DNA of 64,000 nucleotides, taken from contig NC_135818.1 of assembly GCF_964213995.1 (NCBI RefSeq), forward strand, positions 76,694,001 through 76,758,000. Reading direction: 5' to 3'. The notes under the pieces are model-generated. The model was not told the origin of the DNA. It worked only from the letters and a program-made list of their open reading frames with translations, and did not search any database. The translations under genes and the position numbers were made by a program. Shown one piece after another: positions 59,419-64,000 of this stretch. How positions within the stretch are numbered: the first letter of the stretch is position 1; each line of letters starts with the position of its first letter. Origin of the DNA: Mustelus asterias (taxonomy: Eukaryota).

Positions 59419-60769
59419 AATAGAGAGGTAACAAAAGCTTCGATAAGGACTCAGGAGTAGATCAGTTGATGCAAGGTTGTATCTGGTGATATTATAGAGG
59501 TGAAAAGAGACCATCTTGGTCATGGTGTGGCTTCTCAGGATCAAATATAATATTTAGGTTGAGGAAGCTTTTGGTCCAGCCTCAGGTAATTGCCATGGAG
59601 AGAGATAGAATTGGTTGGTAAAGGAATGGAGTTTGTGAGGAGGATCCTGTTATTTTATTAGAAGAGGTTTCGGTTCATCCAAGATTGGATGTCAGGAGAT
59701 CCACCATGAGCTGATACCCTCTCCAACTTTCTTCCACTTCTGGATTATTTCCCTCACTCCTATCATCTCTACTGCTATGTAATTCACACACTTGGACTCC
59801 GATTCTGGAACGTTCTCCTGCACATGCTCAATCATCTATAAATTGCAACTCATTTAATCTTCCACAATCCTGCCAGTCACCACTGTGAAACTCAATTGAT
59901 TCTTCCAACTGCAAGAAATGGATTCTCACTTTCCCTTTCGACCCACCCTATGACCTGACCTCGGTGAACTCCTCCAGCCTCCTTTCCCACGTCGTTCCGG
60001 TATTCTTTTGGCACTGAACAGTGGTTTATTCCTCACACCCCATCCACGTTTTCACTCCTACATTACAATATAGCAATGGTTGCAAAATATCGCAAAGTCT
60101 AAAATAATTAAAATAATCAAATCTACCCAAAGTATAAATGCAGGATGTGAAATCCACATGAAAAAGAAATGCAGGAGATACAAATCCACCCAAACATCAG
60201 TACAGGATATTCAAACAAATAACTTATAAAATTTATGCTAACAATCAAAGTATAAAACATGTCTTGTCTCTGCTACAAGGAGGTCTTATCTGAGACCTCT
60301 ACTCTCTGCTTGGTCAGGGATCGTAAGATCTGACATTAATGTTTGCCTACAGGTAAAATTTAAAGGAAGTCTTTTGCTTTAAGAATAAAATAATCATTCA
60401 TATTTGTTAGCCAGTTTTCAGCTTTCCTTATTGTCTTCTGACAATTCTTGAGAGTTAATCAATGTGTATGCGTGCAGGTATGTGGGTGTAGGCTTGTAAT
60501 GGGCAGTCCCAAGGTCTTGGCTTGCACCAAGCAATCTCAAAGCTAGCAACTTCTTTCTGGGTTTTATTTAAAGTTGTTTTCTACTTTGTTTTCCCCGGCA
60601 AATTCTTTATGAATTGGGTTAAATCCTTAACAGGCTCGCTGTAGAGCAATCTGGCTAATACCATTGACCCAATCTGTCCTTGTGATCCTGAAAGTTTATT
60701 CATCTTTCATGCCCATCCAATTTGAAATCATTGCTTGTCTCCACTTCCATCACCCTTGTTGGGTTTTGG

Positions 60770-61090
60770 GGTTGCACAGTGGTAAGCACTACTGTCTCTC
60801 AGCCCCGGGGACCCGGGTTCAATTCCCGGCTTCGATCACTGTCTGTGTGGAGTTTGCACATTCTCCCTGTATCTGTGTGGGTTTCCTCGGGTGCTCCAGT
60901 TTCCTCCCACATCTGAAAGATGTGTGGGTTAGGTGGATTGGCCATGCTAAATTGCCCCCTAGTGTCATGAGGACTGGCTAGGGTAAATGCATGTGGCTAT
61001 GGGGATAGGGCCCGGGTGGGTTATGGTCAATGCAGACTCGATGGGCTGAATGGCCTCCTTCTGCACTGTAAGATTCTACGATTCTATGTA
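60770..61090 (+). mobile_element. HE1-type V-SINE (followed by a minus-strand CR1 fragment at about 61105-61345)
   Basis: V-domain and CR1-like tail; the CR1 fragment encodes DRVYKIMTGLDKVDKEKLFP. Confidence 0.85.
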
Positions 61091-61864
61091 CTGAGTTCCA
61101 GGTCACGCACTGTGTAAAAAAAAGTTCTTCATGTTCCCCTGGCCCAAAACCTTAAACCTGCGCTCTTTAGCCATTGTACCGTCACCATATGGAAACAACT
61201 TTTCTTTGTCTACCTTATCTAAACCTGTCATGATCTTGTACACTCTATCAAATCTCCCCTCAATCTCCGTTACCCCAAGGAGAATAAGCTCAGTTTCTCC
61301 AGCCTTATGGCGACATTTCCTCATCCCCGGAATAATTCTTGTACATCAGATTGTCATTAAAAACTCCAAGTGCTCCGCTAGCTCTGTAAATGTGTTAATA
61401 AAACTCTTGCCTATTTCTGGTAGGTCTTGCACCAAGTTAAAGCTCTCCCGCTCAAAAACCATGGGGGCAGGAAGTTTGATTTTTAAAAAATAATTGTCGT
61501 ATCTCCACCATTACACTTTTATAAAGAAAATCAGGGTAATAGAACAATGAAATTTGGACCCCTCTCAGGTGATTTGTTGCTGTTTTATGAGCCAATCATG
61601 TGCATGTATCATGTAGGGTGAAAGGATGTGATACCTGAAATACAATAAGCAGGATAGGAGCTTGGAGAGTATTAATAGTTAATCTTCTCTGACATTGCCT
61701 AATACACAGTTGGCATGTGTCCCGCAAGGGTAGGGGAGGCATGTTAAATAGGAAGGGGCAGGTAAAGTGGTGTGGGCACCCACTACCCTCATAATACAGG
61801 GGGTGTGCAGGCATTGAAATTGCCAGCCCACTCACCATTTTTAAATGAACACGTAGTGGTCAAT

Positions 61865-62155
61865 TAGTTTGTTTATTAGTGTCACAAGTAGGTTTACATT
61901 AACACAGCAATGAAGTGACCGTGAAAATCCCCTAGTCGCTACACTCCGGCGCCTGTTTGGGTACACTGAGGTAGAATAAATGCACCTAATCAGCATGTCT
62001 TTCAGGCTGTGGGAGGAAACCGGAGCACCCCGAGGAAACCCACGCAGACACGGGGAGAACGTGCAAACTCCGCACAGACAGTGACCCAAGCCGGGAATCA
62101 AACCCGGGTCCCTGGCGCTGAGAGGCAGCAGTGCTAACCACTGTGCCATCGTGCC
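61865..62155 (-). mobile_element. V-SINE, type B tail
   Basis: Reverse complement of head, V-domain and type B tail. Confidence 0.88.
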
Positions 62156-62400
62156 TTCCTAAATAATTAAAAACTAATACAGGTACAAAAATAAGTTAAA
62201 ATATTGATCTTTAACTAAGTTGCAGAGTGGGGATGATGGTGGAGTACCAAAAGGAGGAAGTTATTCTTTAGATGTGTCGAGTCTTGGCCGGGTCCCATCG
62301 AGAGCACAGCATTCAGCTGTGGACACAAACCACAGGGAGGATATAGGTGTTATTTAAAGTTGTTTTTTACTTTGCTTTCCCTGCTCTTGGTAAATTCTTT

Positions 62401-62782
62401 GGGGCAGCACAGTGACACGGTGGTTAGCACTGCTGCCTCACAGCGTCAAGGACCTGGGTTCGATTCCCGGCTTGGGTGACTGTGCGGAGTCTGCACGTTC
62501 TCCCCATGTCTGCGTGGGTTTCCTCCCACAGTCCAGAAATGTGCGGGTTAGGTTGATTGGCCATGCTGAATTGCTTCTGAGTGCCGAGGGGATTAGCAGG
62601 TAAATATGTGGGGTTATGTGGGTAGGGCTTGGGTGGGATTGTTGTCAATGCAGGCTCGATGGGCCAAATAGCAGGGTAAATATGTGGGATTATGCGGGTC
62701 GGGCCTGGGTGGGATTGTTGTCAATGCAGGCTCGATGGGCCGAATGGCCTCCTTCTTCACTGTAGGATTCTATGATTCTATC
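62401..62782 (+). mobile_element. HE1-type V-SINE with a ~76-bp internal tandem duplication
   Basis: tagcagg(g)taaatatgtggg...caggctcgatgggcc is repeated (about 62594-62669 and 62669-62745). Confidence 0.85.
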
Positions 62783-63404
62783 TTGACCTTTCTGGGAGTG
62801 CAGCACTGATTTACCAGAATGATAATGGGGTTGAGAGGGTTACAGTGTGAGGATAGACTGCAAGGACTTGGCTCTCAACACCCATGTGCTATTTTGATAC
62901 GATTACAATGTCAGGAATGAAATCAACTGAGCTGATTGCGAGTTGTTCAGGTATCATTGATTCCATAAAACCGCTTAGATCCCCAATTTGTGTTTGTGGT
63001 GGCCAATCGCGGTTGCTCGCGTGTTTACTTAGCTCAGTATCAGTTTCTGTGGGAAAGAAAACAGTGAGGAATTTTTATTAAATTACCGCAGGAAACATTT
63101 AGAGTAAATTACTGTAACTAAACAATTGCAGCTGCCTCATGCCATAATCCTGCCTCATGCTGATAAATACCTGAACACTCAAATCCATTTGTACAATTAT
63201 CTTCCATTTATTAGGCACTTCTAAATGATCTAAGTGACATGTTATTAAATAAGCTTGCTCGCTACAAATAGGTGACATCCCTTATAGCAGTGAATTGCAC
63301 CCTCTCATAGAATCATAGGTAGAATCATAGAAACCCAACACATTTGTCACATTCTGGGTAAGAGTTTTTGGAATTTTATCATGTCTCACAGTTAAAAATT
63401 AGTT

Positions 63405-63728
63405 AGAATCGTAGAATCCCTACAGTGCAGGAGGAGGTCATTTGGCCCATCGAGTCTGTACCAACAATAATCCCACCCAAGACCTATCCCTGTAACCCCA
63501 CATATTTACCCTGATAACCCCCTTGATACTAAGGGGTAATTTAACATGGCCAATCAACCTAACCTGCACATTTTTCAAGTGTGGGAGGAAACTGAAGCAC
63601 CCAGAGGAAACCCACACAAATATAGGAAGAATGTGCACACTCCACACAGTCAACCGAGGCCGGAATTGAACGCAGGTCCCTGGAACTGTGAGGCAGCAGT
63701 GCTAACCACTGTGCCACCGTGCCACCCC
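63405..63728 (-). mobile_element. HE1-type V-SINE
   Basis: Reverse complement of head, V-domain and tail. Confidence 0.88.
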
Positions 63729-64000
63729 TTGAGCTAGGACAACTGTGAAAATCGTTTAAAAAAGGACTCTAGTTGTTCAACATCTGTCCAAGTGAGGCAG
63801 TATGGGTTGGGGTAATCTTAGTACCGTTAATAGCGCTCCTGTGTCTGACCCAGTAAGTTCAGTGGTCAAGTCCTACCCTAGACACTTAGCTGCAGTGATG
63901 AGGAACTGTAATAATTCTGGTTCACCTAAAATAACAACTATAGTGTTTATTTACACGTAACTATAACACAGAGGCTTGTAGCCCCATGGCTACCAGTCAA

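Overview
Eukaryotic genomic DNA, almost certainly from a shark. This is inferred from the repeat content (HE1-type V-SINEs, Deu-domain SacSINE-like SINEs, CR1, Rex1/Babar); it is possibly a carcharhiniform, but the species cannot be determined from the sequence. The + strand carries the last eight coding exons of the golgin gene TRIP11/GMAP-210 (1415-28289; all GT-AG introns, phase-consistent, GRAB domain, stop at 28287-28289), followed by a repeat-poor stretch that may be a long 3'UTR (to about 36.2 kb). A promoter-like island with a tiny candidate first coding exon at about 52.5-53.4 kb could be the 5' end of the next gene (FBLN5 by recalled synteny; unproven). The rest is a dense, nested transposon landscape. 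It includes a young 5'-truncated CR1 with an uninterrupted RT frame, Rex1/Babar, RTE, L2 and Vingi/Ingi-like LINE remnants, two V-SINE subfamilies with different 3' tails, and Deu-SINEs. It also includes PIF/Harbinger-type MITEs with 3-bp TSDs, candidate solo LTRs, and Penelope-like termini with decayed minimal hammerhead motifs. The most notable observations are (i) a LINE whose 5' end is a tRNA-like Pol III head leading straight into an APE endonuclease, together with bipartite SINEs made of its two ends; (ii) hammerhead-bearing inverted Penelope termini, including a perfect 60-bp palindrome; and (iii) tail swapping in V-SINEs. No prokaryotic system, CRISPR array or genuine tRNA/rRNA gene is supported. 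Repeat boundaries were placed by eye and are approximate, and family names come from recalled consensus sequences, not searches.
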